Position numbers and translations under genes: made by a program | Source of the DNA: Acidobacteriota bacterium | GTDB taxonomy: Bacteria > Acidobacteriota > Terriglobia > Acidiferrales > UBA7541 | Reading direction: 5' to 3' | Assembly: GCA_016201285.1 (NCBI GenBank) | Contig: JACQDE010000006.1 | Location: forward strand, 1 to 38,185 | DNA: 38,185 nucleotides | Part shown: positions 9,262 to 17,176 of the stretch, in pieces | Layout of the letters: every line of letters starts with the position of its first letter | Numbering within the stretch: position 1 is the first letter of the stretch | The notes under the pieces: generated by a model | What the model was told of the DNA's origin: nothing | The model's database searches: none | What the model saw: the letters and a program-made list of their open reading frames with translations, nothing else

Positions 9262-9696
9262 CCGCCCCGGCTCACTCGCGGCTCAACTAAATTCTTTCTT
9301 TTGCCCGACTGCTTTCCGCCACGCCGCGCCTCGAGGCTCCCGCCTCGGGGAGGGAATCGTCCAGCGAGTTCTGCATCGCCGACTGAAGTTTAGTTCTCTT
9401 GCTATTCTCCCCCGAAAGGCGTAGACGTGGGTTGACATCATTCTTTGCGCCAGCCGTGGAGGCGAATCTCCTGGCGCAGCACCCGCGGTGGCCCTCCTCC
9501 ACCTCCTCCGTGACACCGCCCGGCCCGATTCACACGGCTTGCCCTTTGCCTATTTTCGGGGCACTGCAAAGCGCGGCACACAGCACGGTCGATGGCCATG
9601 GTCCAATGCGAACGTACCACGGCGATAAGTGTCCAATATTGAACAGTATTCCTAGTTCAGTCTGCTAGGCTCACGCGCGGTACAGGAGCCTGCCCA

Positions 9697-10383
9697 TTGG
9701 GGAAAGAGCCCCACGCGAAATCTGGTCTATTCAAGCGGGATTCCAAACAGTTCAACCCGATTGCCTTTCTGAGCCAGCCGGGCGCCGGCCGCAGCGTGAC
9801 CCAGTCCAAGCGCAAGGCGGTAATCTACGCCCAGGGAGAGCCTGTGCGGGGCGTCCTTTATCTGCTCGAGGGAGTCGTGAAGCTCTCGGTCGTCTCCCGA
9901 GCCGGGAAAGAGGGAACCATTTCGGTGCTGGGCACGGGCGAATTTTTCGGCGAGTGTTCCCTGATTGATCGGAAGACGCGCTTGGCCACGGCTACGGCGG
10001 TGACCGATTGCAAGATCTCACTCATCGAAACGGAAGCGATGAAGCGGCTCCTCTACCAGGAACACTCCTTCTCCGAATTCTTCATGAAGCACCTGATCGC
10101 GCGAACCAAGCGGATTGAGGAAAACCTGATCGACCAGCTCTTCAACTCCAGCGAACGGCGCCTGGCCCGCGTGCTGCTGATGCTCACGCGGTTTAGCAGC
10201 AAGGGCGGCGCTTCATGGATTCACGTGCCCCGCATGAGCCAGGAAGTGCTGGCCGGCCTGATCGGCACCACCCGCTCCCGCGTCAGCTTCTTCATGAATA
10301 AGTTCCGAAAGAAGGGATACATCCGCTACAACGGCGGATTGCAGGTGAACCGCGGGCGTTTGGGTGCGGTGCTCAACGAATAG
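9697..10383 (+). CDS. Crp/Fnr family transcriptional regulator
   Basis: cNMP-binding fold (GEFFGE...ATATA) and a C-terminal HTH (RSRVSFFMNKFRKKGYI). TTG start has AGGAG at 8-nt spacing. Confidence 0.8.
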   Translation: MGKEPHAKSGLFKRDSKQFNPIAFLSQPGAGRSVTQSKRKAVIYAQGEPVRGVLYLLEGVVKLSVVSRAGKEGTISVLGTGEFFGECSLIDRKTRLATATAVTDCKISLIETEAMKRLLYQEHSFSEFFMKHLIARTKRIEENLIDQLFNSSERRLARVLLMLTRFSSKGGASWIHVPRMSQEVLAGLIGTTRSRVSFFMNKFRKKGYIRYNGGLQVNRGRLGAVLNE

Positions 10384-10516
10384 CATTCAGGGCGGAATTC
10401 CTGGCTTCGAAGCATCCTTCCGCTCTACAGGTGCTGGGTCAGACACAAGACTCGGGCTGTTCCATTTTGGGCAGCTTCGGCTCTTTGTTTCTTCGAGAAT
10501 CGTTGCGAGAACGGCG

Positions 10517-10909
10517 ATGCAGCAACAGGATGCCAGCCAGGGCCTCGAGGGGCGGAAACGCCTGCTCCTGGTGGACGATCAGGATAACGTCCGCGCGTTC
10601 TACAAATCCTACCTGGAACACCACGGATACTCCGTCCTGGTCGCGGCGAACGGCCGCGAGGCGCTCGAACTCGCCATGGCAAATTCCCTTCAGGCCGCGG
10701 TTCTCGACTGCGAGATGCCGGAAATGAGCGGCCACGAGCTGGCCCGCGAGCTGCGGCACATACATCCGTGGGTGCCCATCGTGATGGTCTCCGGCCGCGA
10801 CGATATTCCCCCCGACGTCCTTTCCTCTGTAGATGCCTTTGTGTCCAAGCGGCTGGGCGGCCAGCCGCTCCTGGCGGCGCTCCGGCGAGTTCTGGGGAGC
10901 AGCGCGTAA
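10517..10909 (+). CDS. Stand-alone response-regulator receiver domain (CheY-like)
   Basis: LLLVDDQDN acidic pocket, phospho-acceptor D in AAVLDCEMPEMSG, S/T in VMVSGRDD, and K in FVSKRL. No output domain. Confidence 0.75.
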   Translation: MQQQDASQGLEGRKRLLLVDDQDNVRAFYKSYLEHHGYSVLVAANGREALELAMANSLQAAVLDCEMPEMSGHELARELRHIHPWVPIVMVSGRDDIPPDVLSSVDAFVSKRLGGQPLLAALRRVLGSSA

Positions 10910-10938
10910 TCGAATCAAGAGCAAGCGCCCCGCGGCCC

Positions 10939-11646
10939 CTAGTGGATCTGCTTCTCGATAGCGTCCACGATGGTCCGAACCACTTTCACGCGGGCGAAGA
11001 GTTTGTTGTTGGCCTCGACCACCGTCCACGGCGCGTAGGGCGTGCTGGTGTGCTGCAGCATGTCCTCGACCGCCTCATGGTACTCCTTCCACTTCGCGCG
11101 GTTCCGCCAGTCTTCTTCGGTGAGCTTGTAGGAACGGAAGGGGTCAATCTCGCGGGACTTGAAGCGCCGGAGCTGCTCCTCCTTGGTGAGGTGCAGCCAG
11201 AACTTGCAGATCACCACGCCGAACGCGGCCTGGTGCGCCTCGAACTCGTTGATCTCCCGATAGGCCCGGCGCCACTCGTCCTCGTTGCAGAATCCCTCCA
11301 CGCGCTCCACCAGCACGCGGCCGTAGTGGCTGCGGTCCCATACGGCCAGGTGCCCGGCACGCGGCACGTTCCGCCAGAAACGCCACAGATAATGACGCGT
11401 GCGCTCCTCGCCTTTCGGCGCCGCGTAGGTGGAGACGGTGAACCCGCGCGGGTCCAGCATCTCGCACACCCGCTTGATCGCCCCGCCCTTGCCCGCCGCG
11501 TCCCAGCCCTCGAACACGCACAGCACCGGCACCTTCTGCTTGAACAGCTCGAAGCCCAGCTCGCGCAGGCGAACCTGCACCCGCCCGATCTGCTCGTCGT
11601 ACTGCTTCTGCGATAGTTTTCTGGTCATGTCGAGTTTTTCGAGCAT
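10939..11646 (-). CDS. ppk2: Polyphosphate kinase 2 (single PPK2 domain, 235 aa)
   Basis: Walker A FEGWDAAGKGG, Walker B/lid region, and the PPK2 signature WDRSHYGRVLVER. GGAGG RBS at 7-nt spacing. Confidence 0.85.
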   Translation of the reverse strand: MLEKLDMTRKLSQKQYDEQIGRVQVRLRELGFELFKQKVPVLCVFEGWDAAGKGGAIKRVCEMLDPRGFTVSTYAAPKGEERTRHYLWRFWRNVPRAGHLAVWDRSHYGRVLVERVEGFCNEDEWRRAYREINEFEAHQAAFGVVICKFWLHLTKEEQLRRFKSREIDPFRSYKLTEEDWRNRAKWKEYHEAVEDMLQHTSTPYAPWTVVEANNKLFARVKVVRTIVDAIEKQIH

Positions 11647-11717
11647 CAGCGACCTCCGTCAGGGTGACGGGCACGGCTGGCCGTGCCCCTGCATCATGTG
11701 CCGGCCCGATGTCGGCG

Positions 11718-12575
11718 TTACGGCGCCGCGGGGACTTCCGCGGCCAGCGTCTTCTTTTCTTCTTCGCGGGCGCGTTCCTTGTCGCGGGCGGCGCGCTCGG
11801 CGCGTTCCGTCTTGGTGGCGGCGGCAGCGGCCGCGGTGCGGGAAACGGCCGCGGGCAGCGCCTTGCGCCGCGCCAGCGTCTCTTCGATGCGCTTCACGAT
11901 CGTCTCAAAGATGCGCACCCGGGCCCAGCGCAGATCGTTCGCCTCCACTACCGTCCACGGCGCGTGCGGCGTGTCCGTCTTCGCCAGCATCTCCTCCACC
12001 GCCTTCAGCCACTTGCTGTACTGCCGGTGGTGCCGCCGGTATTCCTTGGTGATCTTCCAGCGCAGCAGCGGGTCCTTCAGGCAGTCCTTGAAGCGCTGCT
12101 TCTGTTCCTTCTTCGAGATGTGCATCCAGAACTTCATCACCACCTGCCCGTCGTCCGCCAGCCAGCGCTCGAACTCGTTAATCTGCTCGTACGCCTCGCG
12201 CCACACCTTCTTCGGCGCGACTTTGTCGCAGCGCTCCACCAGCACGCGTCCGTACCACGAATGATCGAACACGGCCATTTCACCGTCGTTGGGGAGCTTC
12301 ATCTGGTAGCGCCACAGGTAGTGGTAGCGCTGTTCGAGCGGCGAAGGCGCCGAGCCTGGATGCACGCGGAACAGCCGCGGGTCGAGCTTTTCCGTCAGCT
12401 TCTTGATCACCCGGCCCTTGCCCGCCGTGTCCCAGCCCTCCAGACAGATGATCACCGGCACTTCCGCTTCGTGCACGGCGTACTGCAGCCCGCGCAGCTT
12501 TTCCTGCAGCTCCGGCATCCGCTTCGCGTAGGCAGACTTCGAGAGAGTCTTCTTCAGGTCAACGGTTTCGAGCAT
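11718..12575 (-). CDS. ppk2: Polyphosphate kinase 2 paralogue (285 aa) with a K/A/E/R-rich C-terminal tail
   Basis: LEGWDTAGKGR Walker A and FDHSWYGRVLVER. ATG 12575 has a GGAG RBS. The tail reads RRKALPAAVSRTAAAAAATKTERAERAARDKERAREEEKK. Lies 71 bp upstream of the first ppk2 on the same strand. Confidence 0.8.
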   Translation of the reverse strand: MLETVDLKKTLSKSAYAKRMPELQEKLRGLQYAVHEAEVPVIICLEGWDTAGKGRVIKKLTEKLDPRLFRVHPGSAPSPLEQRYHYLWRYQMKLPNDGEMAVFDHSWYGRVLVERCDKVAPKKVWREAYEQINEFERWLADDGQVVMKFWMHISKKEQKQRFKDCLKDPLLRWKITKEYRRHHRQYSKWLKAVEEMLAKTDTPHAPWTVVEANDLRWARVRIFETIVKRIEETLARRKALPAAVSRTAAAAAATKTERAERAARDKERAREEEKKTLAAEVPAAP

Positions 12576-12727
12576 GGTGCGTCTCCAGCAGGCGGCGGTT
12601 CTTTGACCCCGCGCGGCGCCAGCCAGGGACGCGGCCGGCCGGGCGGGCAAGTGGGCACATTGTAGTCCCATTCCGGCACGCCGGCGAAGGAGAAAAATAG
12701 GAGGCAGGGCAGGGAACAGGGACGCCG

Positions 12728-12743
12728 CAAAATAGTCATTTTG
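12728..12743. promoter_or_regulatory. AT-rich inverted repeat CAAAAT-agtc-ATTTTG in the ppk2 / small-ORF divergent intergenic region
   Basis: Read directly. It is an AT island within GC-rich DNA. Confidence 0.35.
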
Positions 12744-12874
12744 GCGCAACTTCTGGAGGTTCAGGCCTGGCTAAGATCAGTGACGGTGAGGGGTGGTACG
12801 CTCTCACGCGATTCACTCCAGCCGCCGCGCAACTGGAACGCTACAGGGCAGGCCTGTTCAAAGGAGAAACCGGC

Positions 12875-13030
12875 GTGTTCAGGCCCGTGCGCTTTCTACC
12901 GATTCTCGTCGTGGCGCTGGCCCTGGCCGCTCCGGCGTTTGCGGATGCATTCAGCAAGAACCTTTCGCTCCGCGAGCCCGCCAGGCTCGGCGGAACCCAA
13001 CGTCTCAGATGCGTGGAGTGTCCGGAATAG
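12875..13030 (+). CDS. Unlisted small ORF: 51-aa secreted peptide precursor (predicted mature ~28 aa with a CxxC motif)
   Basis: AAGGAG (12861-12866) lies 8 nt upstream of a GTG start. Product is MFRPVRFLPILVVALALAAPAFA|DAFSKNLSLREPARLGGTQRLRCVECPE, a textbook signal peptide with an AxA cleavage site. GC3 is about 75%, as in neighbouring genes. Below the 60-aa cutoff of the ORF track. Confidence 0.45.
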   Translation: MFRPVRFLPILVVALALAAPAFADAFSKNLSLREPARLGGTQRLRCVECPE

Positions 13031-13037
13031 GCCCCTG

Positions 13038-13096
13038 GCACAGGCACTCTTGCCTGCGCGCCCGTTTCTGCTTCGCACAGGCAAGAGTGCCTGTGC
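13038..13096. other. 19-bp perfect inverted repeat (GCACAGGCACTCTTGCCTG ... CAGGCAAGAGTGCCTGTGC) with a 21-nt loop
   Basis: Lies between the convergent small ORF (ends 13030) and the zinc-ribbon gene (ends 13107). No U-tract on either side. Could be a bidirectional factor-dependent terminator or a protein-binding site. Confidence 0.5.
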
Positions 13097-13106
13097 TACC
13101 GAACCG

Positions 13107-13466
13107 TCACACTTGCTTGAATTCTCTGGCGCTCCTCCAAACGAACACACCCCAAATGATGAAGATTGTGCCCATCGTGCAAAGCCCAATTTTCAGAGGC
13201 GGAATTTCCTCCAATACGCCGAAGACAAGAAAGGCAGACCCCATGACTACGATAAAGATGCCTGTGCGCAGTTGCGCCTTGCTGGTCTTCTGGTAGACCT
13301 TCTTCCCACGCAAGAGCAACAGGTGAAGAGCAGCTACGTTTTCCTCGCAATTTCCCCGGCAGCTCGCTCCGCCCGCGGTCTCCACGACGCATTGCTGGCA
13401 TAACCCCTTCCCGCAGTGTTTGCAGATGGCGATGGCATCCTGGTCCCGGTGGTTGAAGCACTTCAC
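13107..13466 (-). CDS. Small zinc-ribbon (B-box-like) protein with two C-terminal TM helices
   Basis: N-terminal CFNH...CKHCGKGLCQQC...CRGNC cysteine cluster, then two hydrophobic helices. GTG 13466 has GGAGG 4 nt upstream. Lies 29 nt downstream of the S9 peptidase stop, consistent with translational coupling. A longer ORF to 13541 would overlap the peptidase. Confidence 0.55.
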   Translation of the reverse strand: MKCFNHRDQDAIAICKHCGKGLCQQCVVETAGGASCRGNCEENVAALHLLLLRGKKVYQKTSKAQLRTGIFIVVMGSAFLVFGVLEEIPPLKIGLCTMGTIFIIWGVFVWRSAREFKQV

Positions 13467-13495
13467 GGCGCCTCCTCGCGAAACGAGATTGATAC

Positions 13496-15622
13496 TTACT
13501 TCAAATACGTCGCCAGCCAATCCAGAAACGTCTTGTACCACAGCTCGCTGTTTTGCGGCTTCAGGATCCAGTGTCCCTCATCGGGGTAAATCAGCAGCTT
13601 CGACGGCACGCCCTGCCGCTGAAGAGCGGAGTAAAACTCCAGCCCTTGCGTGTATGGCACGCGGAAGTCCAGCTCGCCGTGAATCACCAGCGTCGGCGTT
13701 TTGTACTTCCCGAACTCCGCGGCGTATTTGTTGGGCGAAAACTTCTCGTAGTTTTTACCCGGATCGTTCCACGGCGTGCCGCGGTAGTCCCACTCGGGGA
13801 ACCACAGCTCTTCGGTGGCGCCGTATTCGCTTTCGAAGTTGTACACGCCGGCGTGGGAGATCAGCGCCTTGAAGCGGCCCTTCGACTGCGACGCCATCCA
13901 GTTGATCATGTACCCGCCGTAGCTGCCGCCGGCCGCAGCCATGCGCGTGCCGTCCGCGAACGGATATTTCCCGAGCACGTAATCCACGCCCTTCATCACG
14001 TCCTGATACGCTTTGCCGCCCCAGTCGGCGTTGATCTCGTCGGTGAACTTCTGCCCGAATCCCGTCGAGCCGCGCCGGTTGACCATCAGCACCACGTAGC
14101 CCGGCGACGCGAACACCTGCGGGTTCCAGCGGTAGCTCCACGCGTCGCTGAACTGCGTCTGCGGCCCGCCGTGGCAGATCACCACCAGCGGATATTTCTT
14201 CGTGGCGTCGAACCCCGGCGGGCGCAATAGCATGGCGTGGATCTTCACGCCGTCGGCCGCGTCGAACCAGATGTGCTCGGCCTTGTTCAAGTCGAGCTGC
14301 GCGAGTTTTTCCGTGTTGTGCTTCGTAAGCTGTCGCACGCCGGAGCCGTCCGCGTTCGCGGCAAACAGCTCCGCGGGCGTGGCCATGCTCACGCGGGTAA
14401 AGACGAGCGTCTTGCCGTCGCCGCTCAGCGCGAACTCGGCGTGGAACGAATCCTTCAGGACCGGCTTCGGATCGCTGCCCGCCGTCGGCGTCATGGAAAA
14501 AATGTTCATGTACCCGCGGTCCTCGGCGTTGAAGTAGAGCGTCTTGTTGTCCGGCGACCACGTGATGCTGTTGATGCTGCGGTCGAAGTTTTCGCTCAAG
14601 TTGGTGTGCTTGCCGCTCGCGCGGTCATAGAGCATCAACCGCCAGCGGTCGGCTTCGTAGCCGGCGCGGAGTTGTGAGCGGTAGGCGATGGATTTTCCGT
14701 CCGGCGAATAGACGGGATCAGCGTCAAAGCCCAGCGCGGTGGTGATGCGCTTGCTATTCCCTGTCCCGAGCGAAGCCGAGGGGCCGCCGGCAACAGACAC
14801 AACGAACAAGTCGCCGTTCGTGCTCGTCGCTTCCACTTTGTCGGTGACCGCAGTGAAGCACATCTCCCTGCTGTCCGGCGACCACGCGATGGACTCCGCC
14901 ACGCCGCGCTGCACCGGCGGCACGTCGTAGTCCGCGCCCGATGTGAGGTCCCGCGGCGTGCCTGCCCCGGGCGAAGCCGAGGGGCCGCCATCAACCGCCA
15001 CGACGAACAGGTGGCTCCGCTTGTAGTCCCACCAGTCGCTCCAGTGCCGGTAGAGCAGATGTTCGTAGATTCGCGCCTTCACTTTGTTCTTCTCGGCGTC
15101 GGCGTCGCGCTTCGCGTTGCAGGCATCGTCCTTGCAATCGGGATAGACGCTCGAAGTAAACGCCAGCATCTTGCCGTCGGGCGACCATTGGATATTGTCC
15201 GCGCCGGTGGAAATGCTGGTGAGCTTCGTGGCCTCGCCGCCTTCGAGCGCGATCAGATAAATCTGCATCCCGCCGTCGCGGCTGGAAAGGAACGCGATCT
15301 TGCTGCCGTCGGGCGACCACCGCGGCATCATGTCGCGCCCGCTGCGCGTGAGCTGCCGCGGCTCCCCTCCCGCCGTGGGCGCCAGCCAGATATTGCGCAC
15401 CGTGCGGTTCGCCGCTTTGTCCGGCGTCGCGACGGTGTAGGCCACCCACTTGCCGTCCGGCGAAATCTGCGGATCGCTCACGCGGCGCATCGAAATCAGG
15501 TCGTCAAACGTGATCGCGCGCTTCGTTTGCTTGTCCTGAGCGAATGCGAAGGGGGCCTGCGCCTGGACCAGCCCCAGCACCAGGCACAGACCCAGCAGAA
15601 CCGAAATCTTCGAGCGTTTCAT
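13496..15622 (-). CDS. Secreted S9 family serine peptidase (beta-propeller + alpha/beta hydrolase; acylaminoacyl-/dipeptidyl-peptidase-like)
   Basis: Signal peptide MKRSKISVLLGLCLVLGLVQAQA. Repeated SPDG propeller blades. Catalytic GGSYGG Ser, HGELDFRVP Asp and DEGHW His. ATG 15622 has a GGAGG RBS. The track ORF extends to 16825 with no sensible N-terminus. Confidence 0.85.
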   Translation of the reverse strand: MKRSKISVLLGLCLVLGLVQAQAPFAFAQDKQTKRAITFDDLISMRRVSDPQISPDGKWVAYTVATPDKAANRTVRNIWLAPTAGGEPRQLTRSGRDMMPRWSPDGSKIAFLSSRDGGMQIYLIALEGGEATKLTSISTGADNIQWSPDGKMLAFTSSVYPDCKDDACNAKRDADAEKNKVKARIYEHLLYRHWSDWWDYKRSHLFVVAVDGGPSASPGAGTPRDLTSGADYDVPPVQRGVAESIAWSPDSREMCFTAVTDKVEATSTNGDLFVVSVAGGPSASLGTGNSKRITTALGFDADPVYSPDGKSIAYRSQLRAGYEADRWRLMLYDRASGKHTNLSENFDRSINSITWSPDNKTLYFNAEDRGYMNIFSMTPTAGSDPKPVLKDSFHAEFALSGDGKTLVFTRVSMATPAELFAANADGSGVRQLTKHNTEKLAQLDLNKAEHIWFDAADGVKIHAMLLRPPGFDATKKYPLVVICHGGPQTQFSDAWSYRWNPQVFASPGYVVLMVNRRGSTGFGQKFTDEINADWGGKAYQDVMKGVDYVLGKYPFADGTRMAAAGGSYGGYMINWMASQSKGRFKALISHAGVYNFESEYGATEELWFPEWDYRGTPWNDPGKNYEKFSPNKYAAEFGKYKTPTLVIHGELDFRVPYTQGLEFYSALQRQGVPSKLLIYPDEGHWILKPQNSELWYKTFLDWLATYLK

Positions 15623-15709
15623 TGTTCCTCCCGGAAAAACCACAGGTATATCTAGACGGGTGCAGCCGGACATTATACGTTCCGCTTCTGTTCCCGGCCA
15701 CAAGAGCTT

Positions 15710-15729
15710 GCCCGTGCGCGCCCGTGCGG
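15710..15729. repeat. Tandem direct repeat GCCCGTGCGc / GCCCGTGCGg (10-bp period) in the S9 / M19 divergent promoter region
   Basis: Read directly from the sequence. Confidence 0.4.
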
Positions 15730-15802
15730 ATTCCATTGCACAACCCCGTGCCATTTCGTAGACTCCGACGCGTCTGGGTTTTCGCACGGAGGTGCTGCGC
15801 CG

Positions 15803-16990
15803 ATGGTCAGAAAAATTATCCGATGGGTGGGAGCTGTTGCCGTCTTGCTGATCCTCGGCGCCTTCCTCTTCGGCCCGGCGCTCGTGGAAAGAATCATGAA
15901 CAAGACCATCTCCCACGCGCCCGAAGCGCCCTCCCCCCGCGCGCGGGATCTCCACAAGACGCTGCTCATCGCCGATCTGCACGCTGATTCGCTGCTCTGG
16001 CGCCGCAACCTGCTCGACCGCAGCTCGCGTGGCCATGTGGACATGCCGCGGCTGCTCGAAGGCAACGTCGCGCTTCAGGCGTTCACCATCGTCACCAAAG
16101 TTCCGCGCGGCCTCAACATCGAGCGCAACGACGCCTCCAGCGACATGATTCAGCCGCTCATGATTCTCCAGGTTCGCCCCTTCGCCGCCTGGTCCAGCCT
16201 CACCGAGCGCGCCCTCGACCAAGCCACCCGCCTCCGTGAGTTTGCGGAGCAGTCCGATGGAAAATTCGTCCTCGTACGCACCGCTGCCGAGCTCACCGTC
16301 TATCTCGCCCGCCGCGAGCGCCTCTCCGCGCCGCGCCGCATGGCCGACCCCGGCATCACCGCCGGCTTCCTCGGCGTCGAGGGCGCACACGCGCTCGATG
16401 GCGACCTCGCCAACCTCGACAAGCTCTTCGGCGCCGGCATCCGCATGATGGCGCCCACGCATTTCTTCGACAACGACATCGCCGGCTCGGCGCACGGCAC
16501 GGCCAAAGGCGGCCTTACCGACATGGGCAAGCAGCTCATCCGCCGGATGCAGGTAAGGAAAATGATCGTGGACCTTGCCCACGCCTCGCCGCAGGCTTTC
16601 GCCGACGTGATCGCGCTGGCCACGCGCCCGGTGGTCGTTTCGCACACCGGCGTGAAGGGAACCTGCAACAACACGCGCAACTTGAGTGACGACCAGATCA
16701 AGGCCGTCGCCCGCACCGGCGGCGTGATCAGCATCGGCTACTGGGAGACCGCCGTGTGCGGCAAGGACGCGAAAGCCATCGCCCGCGCCATCCGCTACGC
16801 CGCCAGCGTCGCCGGCGCGCAGCACGTCGCTCTCGGCTCCGACTACGACGGCGCCATCACCGCGCCCTTCGACTCGAGCGAACTCGTCCGCATCACCGAA
16901 GCGCTGCTCGCCGAAAATTTCTCCGAGGCGGAAATCCGCATGATCATGGGTGAAAACATCCTGCGCGTCTTGAAGGAAACGTTGCCGTAG
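15803..16990 (+). CDS. Membrane dipeptidase, M19 family (renal dipeptidase-like)
   Basis: N-terminal TM anchor. Metal-ligand motifs ADLHADSL, VEGAHAL, DLAHAS and GSDYDG. GGAGGTG RBS at 8-nt spacing. Confidence 0.85.
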   Translation: MVRKIIRWVGAVAVLLILGAFLFGPALVERIMNKTISHAPEAPSPRARDLHKTLLIADLHADSLLWRRNLLDRSSRGHVDMPRLLEGNVALQAFTIVTKVPRGLNIERNDASSDMIQPLMILQVRPFAAWSSLTERALDQATRLREFAEQSDGKFVLVRTAAELTVYLARRERLSAPRRMADPGITAGFLGVEGAHALDGDLANLDKLFGAGIRMMAPTHFFDNDIAGSAHGTAKGGLTDMGKQLIRRMQVRKMIVDLAHASPQAFADVIALATRPVVVSHTGVKGTCNNTRNLSDDQIKAVARTGGVISIGYWETAVCGKDAKAIARAIRYAASVAGAQHVALGSDYDGAITAPFDSSELVRITEALLAENFSEAEIRMIMGENILRVLKETLP

Positions 16991-17176
16991 GGCAGGCGCC
17001 CACGCCTGTCCATCCAGCTATGAAAGGGAAGCAGGCAGGCTTGGAGGCCTGTCCTGCCGTCGAAACGCTGCCGAAGCCGCTCCCGTCATCGTTTCTTCAT
17101 GTGGGGACTCTGCTCAGAATGACGGAAACGCTCCGCGTGGCTGTCCGCCTGAAGGCGCCCGCCGCAGGTCGCGCGC

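Noticed and set aside
9399-9668. 89-aa ORF in the desaturase / crp intergenic region
   Set aside because: No RBS, Pro/Ser-rich, and it overlaps the promoter-like repeats. Likely non-coding.
11664-12665. 333-aa (+) ORF and 176-aa (-) ORF overlapping the ppk2 genes
   Set aside because: The minus-strand PPK2 frames carry Walker A and the PPK2 signature. The others are alternative-frame artefacts.
13037-13060. Sigma-54-like TGGCAC ... TTGC within the hairpin arm
   Set aside because: Spacing between the GG and GC elements is 3 nt too long for the strict sigma-54 -24/-12 geometry, and the same sequence is simply one arm of the palindrome.
12793-13296. 167-aa (+) ORF across the ppk2 / zinc-ribbon intergenic region
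   Set aside because: Arg-rich, no RBS, and it crosses the hairpin. The shorter 51-codon frame-2 ORF with SD and signal peptide is the credible coding element here.
13553-16825. Extension of the S9 peptidase ORF to 1109 aa (start 16825), and antisense ORFs 13553..14230, 14237..14677, 15011..15655, 16300..16734
   Set aside because: The region upstream of MKRSKISVLL has no protein-like sequence and would run through the divergent M19 gene. The true start at 15622 has GGAGG and a signal peptide.
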